Assembly (NCBI RefSeq): GCF_006345805.1
Contig: NC_043016.1
Span: 19,592,001 to 19,656,000, forward strand
DNA: 64,000 nucleotides
Source: Octopus sinensis
Taxonomy: Eukaryota
Direction of reading: 5' to 3'
The notes beneath the pieces are model-generated. The model saw only the letters and a program-made list of their open reading frames with translations. It had not been told where the DNA came from and did not search any database. The position numbers were made by a program, and so were the translations under genes. Shown in pieces: positions 37,058 through 50,272 of the stretch (its first letter is position 1; the number at the start of each line of letters is the position of its first letter).

Positions 37058-38638
37058 AAGAAGTTTGCTTATCAATGACATGGTTCTACTGACGCATGGT
37101 ACCTTATGCAAGTGTCTACTACTATATCCCCGGACCGACCAAAGCTTTGTGAGTGGAAACTGAAGGAATCACAATATATGCATGTGTGTTACTGCCTTCT
37201 AAACTTGATATCATGTAATAGTTGTAAATAAGCATCACTGCCAGGCAAGCCATGTCCTTCATTTCCAGCCTTCCATGGAAACATAAATGGTCATAAAGAA
37301 AATATTACGTTACTTGTATACAGGTGAGGTTAGCGACAAGAAGGGCATCCACCCATAGAAAACCTGCCTCAACAAGTCCAACTCATGCAAGCATGGGAAT
37401 GAGAAGGTTAAAACAACAATGATCACACACACACACACAGATACATCATCATCGGTTAATGTATGCTTTTCCATGCTTGCATGGGTCAGATAGAATTTGT
37501 TGAGGCAAATTTTCTACAGCTGGATGCCCTTCCGGTCACCAACCCTCACCTGTTTCTAAGGAAAGAAATATTTTCCCATAGCCTGACATATCTCAGAAAA
37601 TTGGAAACGAAGGACATTGCTTGCATGATGATGATGATGATACTCACAACTGACACTCAATATCAAGGAAAGCAGACTGTAACTCATACACAAATAAATG
37701 GTATTATTGAAGACAAATGGAATTGAATGCATTTCCCAATTGCACAGGTGCATGCACACACACACACTCACGATTTAGCTGTATAAAGTTACATAAGTGA
37801 GTCTAAGACTAAGAGTCTCATACGTTAAACTTTCTAAGAGCACATGTTTGAAAAGGTAAATCGAAAGTGCTCACGCACTTGGAAAAAAAACTCCTTGCAA
37901 AATAGGTTGGTAATATCCTGCTAAAACATATAACTTTTTTAAAAAATAAAAGATTTAAAAAATCCACTTTATACCTAAAAACTGTATTACGTAATTTTTC
38001 ACAAAGACCTTCAGGTATGTATGTATGTATGTGTGTGTATGTATATATATATATATATATATATATACATACATACATATGAGCAAGAAGAGAAGGCATG
38101 GAAATGTAAGAGAGGGGGAATGAAAGAACGAAGGCTGGAATGAATGAATAAGCCTGAAAGGGCTGATAGAAAGAATAATCATACAAGATTTAGATAAATA
38201 TATACTTACATATAAGAGACCAAAGTGTATGTACGATGCTTTATATATATATATATATTAAGTACAAAATGGGACAAGAATACAAGACATCCAGACAGTT
38301 AGGTGATACAAAAAAGGGACAACAAAACATCCAAATAGACGATACAAAGAAAACAAGGACAGGTCAATCGGAATTTTCTTTCCTCAGTTGAGTTCCAGAT
38401 TATCTTTGCCATTTCAGCTGGTTATACTCGAGATTGCTCCAATCTGGCCAGCCCCAAGGAAAAACTAAGCTAAGAACATTATCTTCCTTGGAAGAAAGCA
38501 GCAAATGTATACAAAAACAAGGACGGAAAAAATGGAGAATGTCACACAAATACAAATAACAAGACATAACAACAGGTGTCTTTCGATTAAGGACAAATTA
38601 AATTAAGTTGGTATGTGTGGATCAATATATATATATGT

Positions 38639-38767
38639 ACAAAATATAGAGGATTGACCACTAAAAGTGGACAGCCTGTATGCTACATATAGACGTCAAA
38701 ATTGATTTTGATGTCTATATCTAGCATACAGGCTGTCCACTTTTAGTGTCAATCCTCTAAATTTTGT
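38639..38767. repeat. ~129-bp near-perfect palindrome
   Basis: acaaaatatagaggattgaccactaaaagtggacagcctgtatgcta..gtcaaaat mirrored by attttga..tagcatacaggctgtccacttttagtgtcaatcctctaaattttgt. Confidence 0.9.
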
Positions 38768-38855
38768 TTGTAAAAAATTTTTAATCTTTGGATTTTTAAA
38801 ATATGCTAGGCCACTGGTTTTAATTGATTATATCAATTTCAATCCTTAATTAATT

Positions 38856-38899
<44 letters not shown>

Positions 38900-38945
38900 C
38901 AGTGCTCCAGCATGGCCACAGTCAATGACTGAAACGAGTAAAAAG

Positions 38946-38976
<31 letters not shown>

Positions 38977-39301
38977 GGCAGAGGCGTGGCTGTGTGATTG
39001 AGAAACTTATTCCCAGCCATGTGATTTTGGGTTCAGTCTCACTGTGTGTCATTTTGTGCATATACCTTCTGCTAGAGCTCTGAGCTGACCAAAGCCTTGT
39101 ATGTGTCGACTTGGTAGATGGAAACTGAACAATGCCCATCACATATATATGTGTGTGTGTGTGTGTAGCCTTGTGTAGACATCGCTTGATGATTGTAAAT
39201 GAGCATCATTGTCATCATCATCAGACAAGTGAGGTTGTTTGTTTCATTTTCTCATGAAAAACAAGGCTATGGAAAAATATTACTTTCCTTGAAAACAGGT
39301 A

Positions 39302-39535
39302 AAGGCGGCGAGCTGGCAGAAACGTTAGCACGCCGGGCGAAATGCTTAGCAGGATTTTTTCTGCTGTTACGTTCTGAGTTCAAGTTCTGCTGAGGTCGAC
39401 TTTGCCTTTCATCCTTTCGGGCTCGATTAAATAAGTACCAGTTACACACTGGGGTCGATGTAATCGACTTAATCCATTTGTCTGTCCTTGTTTGTCCCCT
39501 CTGTGTTTATCCCCTTGTGGGTAGTAAAGAAATAG
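39302..39535 (+). mobile_element. SINE A nested in a SINE B variant (about 38976-39620)
   Basis: Full family A body; the host element continues ggtttagtgacaagaaggacatc. Confidence 0.85.
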
Positions 39536-40013
39536 GTATGGTTTAGTGACAAGAAGGACATCTAACTGTAGAATATCAGTCTAACAAATTCATCTGATCC
39601 ATGTAAATATAGATAGATGTGGCAAAGTTTCTGCTGTTGGATGGTCTTCCTTATGCCGGCCAATTTTCGGTTTGCACTAAATGCTTCCTTTGTGTCACTA
39701 ATGAATTCACCATCTAGCTCACAAGATTACGAAGCCTGAAGAGTGTGGATGAGGCTTTTATGCTAGGAAATGTGGGTTAAAATATCTTTTCCTCACTTTT
39801 CAAACTTATAAACTTGTGAAATATGAAAAAGAAGCAAAAAAAAAATAGATAAAATAAAATTTAAAATAAGTGAAATAACTCTTAAAACATTTATGAGAAA
39901 AATCATAATTATAAGGTGTAAAACGTGAATGTACTTTTTAATTCTCCTCCTTGCTGTAATGTCAGTAATATTTCCTTCCTGTTGTTAAAAATTATTTCTA
40001 TAACAATATTGTC

Positions 40014-40108
40014 ATGACTGTGAGCGGAAGTGACAAAAAAATAAACCTAAGTTCTAAAGATGGAGGTAGAAAAGAAAAAGAAAAAAACATGAAGGAAGTG
40101 ATCAAGTG
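40014..40108 (+). CDS. Candidate first coding exon of an unidentified host gene (MTVSGSDKKINLSSKDGGRKEKEKNMKEVIK..., phase 2)
   Basis: ATG-initiated open frame in unique sequence ending at a consensus donor tg|gtgagt; no downstream exon identified. Confidence 0.25.
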
Positions 40109-40381
40109 GTGAGTTGTGGGGTTTGAGTAAATATGGTATTCAAAATGTAAAAAAAAAAATAGAAATAAAAAAGAAAGAAAGAAACCTACTTCCTTAGAAT
40201 ATATTAAAATTGCAAGTTTAAAGACTTTTATTATTTTAGATTGAATTAGAGGATTGCTTAGAGTTTTGGCCACGTATATACATAAAAATTTTACAATTAC
40301 TATATATTGGATATATGTGTATGCGTGTGCATGTCTATATGATGGTATATATGTATAATTGCTTGTATATATGTATATTTG

Positions 40382-40413
<32 letters not shown>

Positions 40414-41609
40414 TACACACATATAGCTACCTGTCTATCTGTATACACACTCATCTGTATAATATATGCACAGATGTTTACATGTATCTATGCATGTTCA
40501 TATATTTGCACTTAATGGTATCTTCAGACATAATTGGAAACGAATGAGAAAAAAAAAAGAAATTCTTGAAATTAGCTACTTGTTTGTCCAGACCCAGTTG
40601 TCTTTTGTGTGAAGAAAACCAGATTAATGTTCCCCACCATCACTAGCATAGGACATCACCACTGCCGCCACCAGCACAATCATCATATCCACCGGCCCAA
40701 CAAAATGTCTTCTTAAAGTCACAAAACACACATACACAAAAAGAAAGATATCTATGTACATTGTTATACTTTCTACTTTTTTTTTTTTTTTTTTTTGGTT
40801 TTTTTTGTCTGCTATTAAGAGTGACTAACTAGTTTTTAAAGTTGCTCAGGAACATGTAATATATTTGTGGAGAATATAAAACAAACACAACAACTATGCA
40901 AGATTGGAAAAAAAAAATAATGAACACTGAGAAAATAACCTGAAATTGTTTGACAATTGATGTGACTGTTGCTGTTATTGAAGAATATTTTGTTTTATTG
41001 GGATAAAAAGAAAATTTTTAAAAAATCATTAAAAAAGGTAATGCAGAAAATAGCTGAATTCTTTAAAGATTAGTCATTCCCGTTATTGTCATAGCACCTG
41101 ATAAAGCAGAGTAAGACCAAAGACCAGCTGTTCATTAGCACAAAACAAAGCAATCATATCACTTATGGTATTTAAATGTATGTATTAGTGTGCGTGTGTT
41201 TGTTTGTGTGTGTGTGTGTGTATAAATTTCCTTATGTATTTCTTTCTCCCATATATATATCATCTTTTAATGACTGTTATCTGTCGGTCTGTCTGTCTGT
41301 AACTTCAATAAAAGCAGCCTTTATTTTTATGTGACATAACTGGAAGAGGGGTACATTTTTAGGCTGTGTGTTTGCTAGTCTTTATGTGATTTGGGTTTTT
41401 AATATTGCATACAATGACTTAATTACCAGGAATCAGCTCTTTAATCATGGATAAAGGCATATGTTTTCCCATGTATAAAGTTAAGGAAAAGTTGGCATCA
41501 GATTTCAGTCTCATGTATGAGTCACATTCCGATTTTTTTACATTGAAATTTTATATAAAAAGGTTACTTATATACAAATAAATACAAAGATATTTACAAA
41601 GTTTGTGTC

Positions 41610-41645
<36 letters not shown>

Positions 41646-41647
<2 letters not shown>

Positions 41648-41807
41648 GGCGTAGGAGTGGCTGTGTGGTAAGTAACTTCCTTACCAACCACATGGTTCCG
41701 GGTTCATTCCCACTGCGTAGCACTTGGGCAAGTGTCTTCTACTATAGCCTTGGGCGACCAAAGCCTTGTGAGTGGATTGGGTAGACGGAAACTGAAGGAA
41801 GCCTGTC

Positions 41808-41857
<50 letters not shown>

Positions 41858-42075
41858 TATATATATATGTATTTGTGTGTCTGTGTTTGTCGCCCCAACA
41901 TCACTTGACAACCGATGCTGGTGTGTTTACGTCCCCATAACTTAGCGGTTCGGCAAAATGAGGCTGATAGACTAAGTGCTAGGCTTACAAAGAATAAGTC
42001 CTGGGGTCGATTTGCTCGACTAAAGGCGCTGCTCCAGCATGGCCGCAGTCAAGTGACTGAAACAAGTAAAAGAGT
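41646..42075 (+). mobile_element. Full-length SINE B
   Basis: taggcgtaggagtggctgtgtgg..gactgaaacaagtaaaagagt. Confidence 0.92.
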
Positions 42076-42100
42076 ATATGTATATATATTTATATATATA

Positions 42101-42792
42101 TTGAGTCTTCTCATAAATAATGTGGTTTTTTTTATACCTCTTTTATTTTTCAAAATTAAGATAAAGTTCTTCTTTAATCTAAAATATACTCTCCTTCATT
42201 TTTCACAATGCTCTTTCATCTATCTGGTAGACTTGCAAGGGCCCTCTTCTAAAATTCATTTGTCCGTGATACTTGCAAGGGCCCTCTTCTAAAATTCACT
42301 TGTCCAAGATGAAAAATACTCCTCCAGTACTGTTCTGACCTCATCTACAGAATTCATATTTTTTCCATCCAAATGATTTTGAAAACTACGGAATAAATGA
42401 TTATCAGACGGGGGAAATGTCTGATGAATATGGTGGGTGGGGCATCGTTTCCTATTCAAACTGCTCCAGCCTTTGGAATGTCATCCTCGCTGTGTGTGAG
42501 CAAACATTATCCTGATGGAAGAATACCTTTCATCTTCAAACCAAAGATGGTCGTTTTGCTTCTATTGCTGACTTAAGCTGCTCAAAGTAGTAGATCTACT
42601 GGGGTTACAAGTTCAAAGTGGACTAAACCTTTCATATTCTACCAAACAGATAACACCACCTTATGTGAGTGAAGACCTTTAGCCTAGAGTACTGGTGTTT
42701 CTCTTTTCCCTACCCACTGTCTTCAGTGCTTGACATTTTTATAGAGAACCCATTTCACGTGACCAGTTACTATTCGGTCCAAAAAAGGTTCT
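42101..42792 (-). mobile_element. Decayed mariner (one terminus plus catalytic domain) with an internal 40-bp tandem duplication
   Basis: Minus-strand EPFLDRIVTG..KW, FHQDN, MPHPPYSSDI..SDNHLFR, QNHLDGK, LASLPDR..NEGEYILD; acttgcaagggccctcttctaaaattca duplicated at 42231 and 42271. Confidence 0.85.
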
Positions 42793-42959
42793 TTCGCTCA
42801 TATAAACATTGTACCTGAACCTCACATCTCTCTATCTCTCCCTCCCTCTGACTGTCTGTCTCTCTCTCTCTCTCTCTCCAAATGGGCAAACCATGTATTC
42901 ACTTCTTCAGCAAGACACCTGCTCCTCTCCTATTATGGTTTCTTCCAGTCTGTATCCTG

Positions 42960-43175
42960 CTCAGTTTAGGGGTCTTATCTTACAGGTACTTGGCAACCTC
43001 ACTGGTGCTGGTGCCATGTAAATGCACCCAGTACACTTCAAGTGATTGGCATTGGGGAGGGCATTCTACTATAGAAACCACGTCAAAGCAGACATAGAGC
43101 CTGGTGGAGCTCTCTGACTTGTCACACCATCTAACCCATGCCAACATGGAAAAAAGGATGTTAAATGATGATGAT
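42960..43175 (+). mobile_element. Degenerate RTE 3' end
   Basis: gtgctggtgccatgtaaatgcaccc..acccatgccaacatggaaa..gttaaatgatgatga. Confidence 0.7.
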
Positions 43176-43499
43176 TTTATATATATATGTAGTAATTTTT
43201 TAACACACCTGATTTGTTTCAGTGGACAGAACAAAAATCTACCTGACCAGTTTTGAAATTACATTAGGTATTGAATTACAATTCCAACTGCCTACAGAAG
43301 AGAAATTTAGCTGACAGCTATAAATAGTCACTACATGTAATGAATTTTTGTTCAACTTAGTTCAATTTGCATAACCTGTGTTGCTGGCAATGCTCCATGC
43401 ATTGTTTGTTAGCCACAAAAGGTTATATACTGTGATGGTTGTTTGTAACCATATACTAAGGAAATTAATGCAGTCACTTGTATTCTTAAACCATCAAGT

Positions 43500-45200
43500 C
43501 TTCTGTTTAATTAAAACAGGTAACAATCTGTTATTAATTTTATGATATTTCTCAGCAATGCAGAAGTTGTACCGATGTGTTCTGTTTATATATGGTATGG
43601 CTTTACCAATAGTGCTCAATTTTATAGGTATATTGTAGATTCCTCTGCTCTTGAGTGTCCATATGTATTGGGATTGATTGTGACATCTGTTGAGTTGATT
43701 CCATCTCTGGAATTGAAAGAACACGTGCTGTTGTTTCTGTGGTTTTATGCAAAACTAGCACTATGACCTGGCGTTGCCAGGTCATAGTGCTAGTGCATGC
43801 ATATACAGCTGCGTGCGTGCACACATACACGCGAGTACTGTCCAAATCTCCGACCAATCACATACAGCTAGCTGGCATTCAATTGGCGTATCAAATTTCG
43901 GGCATTTTGATTGGATTTTGGATAGAAAATTCACAAAAAAGTCACTTCTATTGATTTTTTAATGGTTTTGCGGGGTGACTGGGGAAATGTAAAGATGTGC
44001 ACAACCACCCTTGGACGGTTTTCAATGATCATAGAAAGTGCGAGCTCTCTAACTGAACGACTGTGGGTTTGTATAAAGGACATGCACACAGACATTTTGC
44101 CGTTTATATACGTAGAGATACCTATCAAAAATGTTTGTGTGTATAAAGTGGGCAAGTTTATGTATTCTTAAAGTTCCATTCAAATTGCTGAGAATGAACA
44201 TGATTTCTAAAATCTTAAGTGTAATGGAAGATTTAGGAGTCCATAATTAATTTGCTGTAGCTGGCCTTCACACTTCTTTATTTTACATCTTGTGCTATTT
44301 GTTATCAAATAGGAAGATATTTGCTTATCAGGCACAAGAAGTTTCCTGCTGTGTTTGAAGCGATGTTTATATATGTAGAAGATTGTACCAGATATTTTCT
44401 CCTTCTAGTCATTTTTCTTTTGTGTGTTTGTGGTGGGGAGGCCTGTTTGGTGTAGTTATTTATAGTTTTTACTGAATCTATTGATAATGCAGAGTTGTAT
44501 TGGTGCAATAGCTTTGTTGAATTTTCTTTTCTTTTTTTTTTTTATTTTTTAACTTCTGCTTATGTTAGCAACAAGGTATTATTCATGATTGTGGGTTTTG
44601 GAGCTTTTTGTTGATGTAAGTTGTTTCGTTGTGATTTTTGGTGGAAAAAGCATTTATGTTCATATACAATGTAATATTAATAAAATTAACAATTTCCACA
44701 CTTTCAAGAATTGTGATTTTAGGTTATATTCTTTGAATAGGTTAATTAGGGTTTTCCTGAATTTATCAAAATCATAACTATCCATATTGAAGGATCTTTT
44801 ATAGCTTAATGCTAAAGGAAATTCTTTTAATCTCCGGGTACAGTGCAATCGGCTTACTTCCTCTCTTAAAATTGCCGGTTTTGTGCCAAAATTTGAAACT
44901 GTTATAAACTGTTTTATTCAGAATAGTATCTTCATCTTTGTTGTCATGGTCACAGTTTTGACTTTTATATCTTCAGGTGTTTGTCACATTAGGAACATTC
45001 TAAAAATTTGCAGTAAATTCTTTATCAAATCCACAGGAATAGTGTTCTTATTTCATTGTCTATACCAGCAATATTCACCTGTTAGTTATATTCCTATTTA
45101 TGATGTCGCTTGCTTGTTCTACTCAAAGCGAAGTGCTTATACAACTGAACCTTTATCTTCATATGTTATTTAATTCCATGTCAATACTATTTGAGCAGAC
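43500..45200 (-). mobile_element. Decayed Penelope-like element (RT C-terminus plus GIY-YIG endonuclease), interrupted by a Helitron
   Basis: Minus-strand remnants FRKTLINLFKEYNLK, IWYNL..NIASNTAGNFLCLISKYLP and SQYIWTLK..KAIPYINRTHRYNFCIAEKYH resemble Neptune-type PLE motifs (IIWYNPP, LSKYIWTLK, CNLCLxEK); the boundary near 45200 is approximate. Confidence 0.65.
43755..44118 (-). mobile_element. Non-autonomous Helitron (family 2) with a perfect 19-bp terminal palindrome
   Basis: A|TC..CTAG|T ends on the minus strand; actagcactatgacctggc-gtt-gccaggtcatagtgctagt at 43754-43794. Confidence 0.85.
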
Positions 45201-45877
45201 ATATGGTGAAATGTGTCCAGCTTTGATCCTCCAATCCTTTATTTGGATATAACATCTGTAAGTCTGCATTACCCATCCAGTACATTTTCTCCCCACCACA
45301 TACACACACACACACACACACACAAAACAGTAAGGTGTGATTTGAAGAAAATGTGACTGCTATTTCTAGCAGGTTAAGTGACCATGTGGAGGATCTCTCA
45401 GTTTATATTTATATGTTGTTATTGATTATGTTTAGCCCATGGTTAACTCTAGCTTGAGAAGTCAAATGATCGAAGGCACTCAACATGTAATCGTCCCTTT
45501 ATTTTTAATTGAGACTCTATTATCCAAAGTGTCCTTCCTTTTTAAAGACAGTGTGATTTGAGGGTGATATCTTGCAGATTAAGTGTCCACATTGATTCAT
45601 TGTGTTTATTCCTTTTCCATTCTATAAGAACATTTTTTTAAAAATCAGATTTCCTCTTGGGTGCACTCTATCCTCCCACACTTCTTTTCTATTTTTGTAT
45701 TTCCACTTTATGATTGCAACTTAGCTGAAAAATTGGTAAATAGCTCACTTCATGGTTGTGTTTCTGGCATTAAAGAAAGCATCCAACTGTATGATACTCC
45801 GACCTTCATCATTCCATATGGCAGGCAAAGTAACTTGTATATGAAATTCAACACATTGAATTCATGCTCACACAAAC

Positions 45878-45909
<32 letters not shown>

Positions 45910-46239
45910 ATATATATATTATATATATATATATATATAATGAAATATATGTATATCTATATGTGTTTATGTGTATGTAATGCACACACACATACAAGTA
46001 TATATATTATAATATATTTATATATATGTATATATATATATGTTACCTGAAACTGAAGAGCAGTAGAGTAAATCATGGCTTAGAATTAATAAATACTACT
46101 GTATTGCGTGCACTTCCTTCTGTTGGTGCATTTTATACATACATACATAATGTGTGTGTGTATGTATTTATATGTATGTATATATGAAACAGAATTACAC
46201 ACAAACACACACACACACACACACATGAAGTCTTCCTCA

Positions 46240-46805
46240 GGTGAAGAGTGTACACCCCAACATAGGCTACTAGTTTAGGACTTCAGAATTAGGGCTAGAG
46301 AGACTCAGAAATAAACAATGCTGGAAAAGAAGATTATGGAAGCTCCAGCAAGATCCAGCAAACCAACAACAGTTTAGAGACATTTTACTGGAAGCCAATG
46401 ACGATAGAGAGGAGGAGGAAGCAACAGATAGCTTAGAGGACAACTGGAAGTTCCTGCAGGACAATTTACTGGGTGCTACTGACCAAAACTGTGGATAGTG
46501 CAAAATCCCAGCTAGGCTGAGGGTGACATGGTGGTCAAAAAAAGGAGGTGGACAGTGCTATAAAAGCAAAGAGACAGGCCTTGAAGGACTGGAAAAATGG
46601 TGGAAGCAGAGCATTATATCAAGGAGCTAGAAGGGAGGCTAGGCAACAGGTTTACATAGCGAAAGGAATAGCAGAAGGTAAGAGGTTTGCCAATGTTCTA
46701 CAGCATGAGGATCAGAGTTGAGAGGTGTTCAGGACTGCAAAGCAGTGTATCAGAGAGAATAGAGATGTGATAGGTGAGAAATATGTGTGAATGGTTAATG
46801 GTACA
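46240..46805 (+). mobile_element. RTE LINE internal fragment (end of endonuclease and linker)
   Basis: ECTPQHRLLV.DF; LWKLQQDPANQQQFRDILLE..NWKFLQDNLLGATDQNCG..RVTWW..AKRQALKDWKNGGSR. Confidence 0.8.
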
Positions 46806-48102
46806 GTAAATGTTAAGACACACACCATAAAGAATTGTAGCTTAGTGAACGAAATCACCAAATTGTATGTACATATTGGTAAATTTTAAATAATTTAGGC
46901 ATTTTTTTTATTATTATGAAATAATAATAATTACTGAATTCATTTTTTAAACTTAAAAAAGGCTTTATTTTACCATGTCTTTTTTCAAACCGCATTCATA
47001 AATAAAGCGTCTGTGATGTACGGTAAACACTGCTAAATTGTATTCGTAAATTTAGATTACTTTTTTTTACTGTACTGTATTAAAAAATAAAAATTGTTTT
47101 AAGCTTAAAATAGGTTTTTATTAAGCATGTATTATAGAAAATGCATTCATAAATAAAGTACAGAACTGGGAATGGTTATTATCAGTTAAGCCTAGAGACA
47201 AGTAAATTTGGCCTAGCCTAGCCTAGGGACAATTTAATTCAGCTTAAGTTGTCTCCTGGAACCAATTAACGATGTAGGGTGAAGTATGCCTAAACGATGA
47301 TGATGATGATGATATAATATATATATATATATATAGGCATAAGTGTGGCTGTGTGGTTAAGGAGCTTGTTTTCTAATCATTTGGTTTTGGGTTCAGTCCC
47401 ATTGTATGGGCAAGTGTTTTGTACTATTATATCTCCAAGCTGACAAAATGAATACTGAAAGAAGCCTATCTTGGTATCTTTGTGTTTCTCCTCTGCCACT
47501 GCTTAACAACTTGGGTTGGTTTGTTTACATCCCTGTAACTTTGTGGTTCAGCTTTCCACAGTACCAATGAATGTATGATTCAATGTTTCTTTATATAAGA
47601 GGGAAACAGATTTTGTCTAGTCATGTGACTGATGAGTACACATCATTGACAACACACAAGGAAGTTAAAATACATCTGGCATTCTTGTAGGTCAGCGTTG
47701 GGACAATGTTTGTCTTGCTTTGATTTATTTACTTATATGTAGATAGATAGATATATTGCGTTTTTAACACCTTTGTAAAGATTTTTCTGTCAGATGCAAA
47801 CCACAGAAAGCAACTGTCTAATAAATTAAATAGTTGGCACAAATGGGAGTGGGGATGGTCTCTTTTGCAACTGAGTTAATTATAAAAAAAAAGAAGAAGA
47901 TAGGTGAGGGAACAGTAGAGAAGGTGTCTTAGTTTGATGCTCAGGGAAAATGGAAGAGCCTCTGCTGTTTTGAGTCTACAGAAAGGAATGAGGAGAGAAA
48001 ACAGATGAAAATGAGGTAAAAAGCCAGAATGAGGGGGGAAAAAAAAATGTGCTTAATGGTGTTTGTAAGGGTGTTCCTTTACATTTGCACTTCTCTGCAA
48101 CA

Positions 48103-48495
48103 TAGGCGCAGGAGTGGCTGTGTGGTAAGTAGCTTGCTTACCAACCACATGGTTCCGGGTTCAGTCCCACTGCGTGGCATCTTGGGCAAGTGTCTTCTGC
48201 TATAGCCCTGGGCCGACCAATGCCTTGTGAGTGGATTTGGTAGACGGAAACTGAAAGAAGCCTGTTGTATATATGTATGTATATATATGTGTGTGTGTGT
48301 TTGTGTGTCTGTCCCGCTAGCATTGCTTGGCAACCGATGCTGGTGTGTTGTTATGTACACTCGGTTTGGCAAAGACCACCGATAGAATAAGTACTGGGCT
48401 TACAAGAATAAGTCCCGGGGTCGATTTGCTCGACAAAGGTGGTGCTCCAGCATGGCCACAGTCAAATGACTGAAACAAATAAAAGAGTAAAGAGT
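48103..48495 (+). mobile_element. Full-length SINE B
   Basis: Consensus head and tail. Confidence 0.92.
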
Positions 48496-48978
48496 ATATC
48501 ATCCCTTGGTTTTACACCTTCAAAGATGTATGGAATTTCCTGTTTAAAAAAACGGGTTAAGATTAATGACAAATACAGGCATATATATATTATTGAGTCA
48601 TTGTTTTACGGCTATAAAGTAATGTCTCCAGTAATAGATGAAAATTGTTCAACAGTGGCAATAGAATTATGAAATCTAGATTTTTGTGTCTTTAACAATT
48701 TCATCAATGCTCCTGGATGCTTTTTCGTCTCTACCAAACACACTTCTGTGCCTTCAGTTCACACTGTAAAGTGGTTGGCATTTGGAAGGGCATCCCACTG
48801 TAAAAAGCCATGTCAAAACAGACACTAAAGCTAGGTGCAATCTTCTGCCTTGCCAGCTCCTGTCAATCGATCCAACCCATGCCAACATGGAAAGTGGATG
48901 TTGATGATGATGATGACATCTATACATGAAGCTTTCACAAGACAAATACTGCAGTTTTGTGGATTTTTGTTGTATACC

Positions 48979-49200
48979 TATTTCTTTACTAGCCACAAGG
49001 GGCTAAACACAGAGGGGACAAACAAGGACAGACAAACGGATTAAGTCGATTATATTGACCCCAGTGCGTTACTGATACTTAATTTATCGACCCTGAAAGG
49101 ATGAGAGGTAAAGTCGACCTTGAACTCAGAACGTAACGGTAGACGAAATACGGCTACGCATTTCGTCCGGCGTGCTAACATTTCTGCCAGCTCGCCACCT
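48979..49200 (-). mobile_element. SINE A with TSD ttttgttgtatacc
   Basis: TSD on both sides. Confidence 0.9.
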
Positions 49201-49899
49201 TCTTTTTGTTGTATACCACATTAAGTAAGATAAACATAATGATATTCTGGACCAATACTGCTTTCATTCTTTAAACTGATATGTTGAATGAAGAAGCTAT
49301 GGCCACAGAAAGAAAATTAACTTTTAAAAAAAGGATCATTATCCAATCTAGAAAAATGAGTATCGACAAGCATCTTCAATGATTAAGTACATGCTACAAT
49401 CTTACAGACAAATTAGTTTAATTGTGAGGGATTGCACATACAAATGTGTGGAATGAAAAGCAAAACAAAAACAACACAACAGTTTAAAGGGCATTGCTGT
49501 GCAATTGAAGGTGGAATGATGGCTATGTTAAGAATCTTGCTTTGCAATCACATGGTTTTGGGTTTAGTCCCAGTATACAACACCTTGAGTAACTGCCTTC
49601 TGTTATAGCCTTGGGTCAACAAATCCCTTTTGAGTGAATTTGATAGACAGAAATTGTACACAAGCCTGTCGTGTGTGTGTGTATACTCTCACATATATAA
49701 ATGGAGGGGTAACCCTGCTGTATGATGGCATATGGTGGCTGATAACAGTATAGGAGCTTTTAAAGGCATATTATGAGGTTATTATCCAGATAATATTGAA
49801 TATGTTTGTGTGTGTGTGTGTATGTATGTGTCTTTGTATCTGTGTTCTGTACCACCAGTTTACAACCAGTATTGGCTTTTTTACATCCCTGTAACTTAA

Positions 49900-50272
49900 T
49901 CATCATCGTTTAGCGTCTGCTTTCCATGCTGGCATGGGTTGGACGGTTCAACTGGGATCTGGGAAGCCAGAAGGCTGCACCAGGCCCAGTCTGGTCTGGC
50001 AATATTTCTACGGCTGGATGCCCTTCCTAACACCAACCACTCCATGAGTGTAGTGGGTGCTTTTTACGTGCCAGACGAGGTTGGCAAACAGCCACGATCG
50101 GATGGTGCTTTTTATGTGCCACCGGCACGGAGGCCAGGTGAGGCTGGCAACGGCCACGATCGGATGGTGCTTTTTACGTTCCACCGGCACGGAGGCCAGG
50201 TGAGGCTGGCAATGGCCACGATCGGATGGTGCTTTTTATGTTCCACCGGCACGGAGGCCAGGCGACGCTGGC
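49900..50272 (-). mobile_element. RTE 3' end with a homogeneous 62-bp tandem array
   Basis: Units start gatggtgctt at 50101, 50163 and 50225. Confidence 0.88.

Noticed and set aside
38360-38460. Hammerhead-like ggctgg..ccagct-gaaa on the minus strand
   Set aside because: No CUGANGA at the required position
43542-43766. Plus-strand 74-aa ORF with an acceptor-like start
   Set aside because: Antisense to a decayed Penelope GIY-YIG endonuclease remnant
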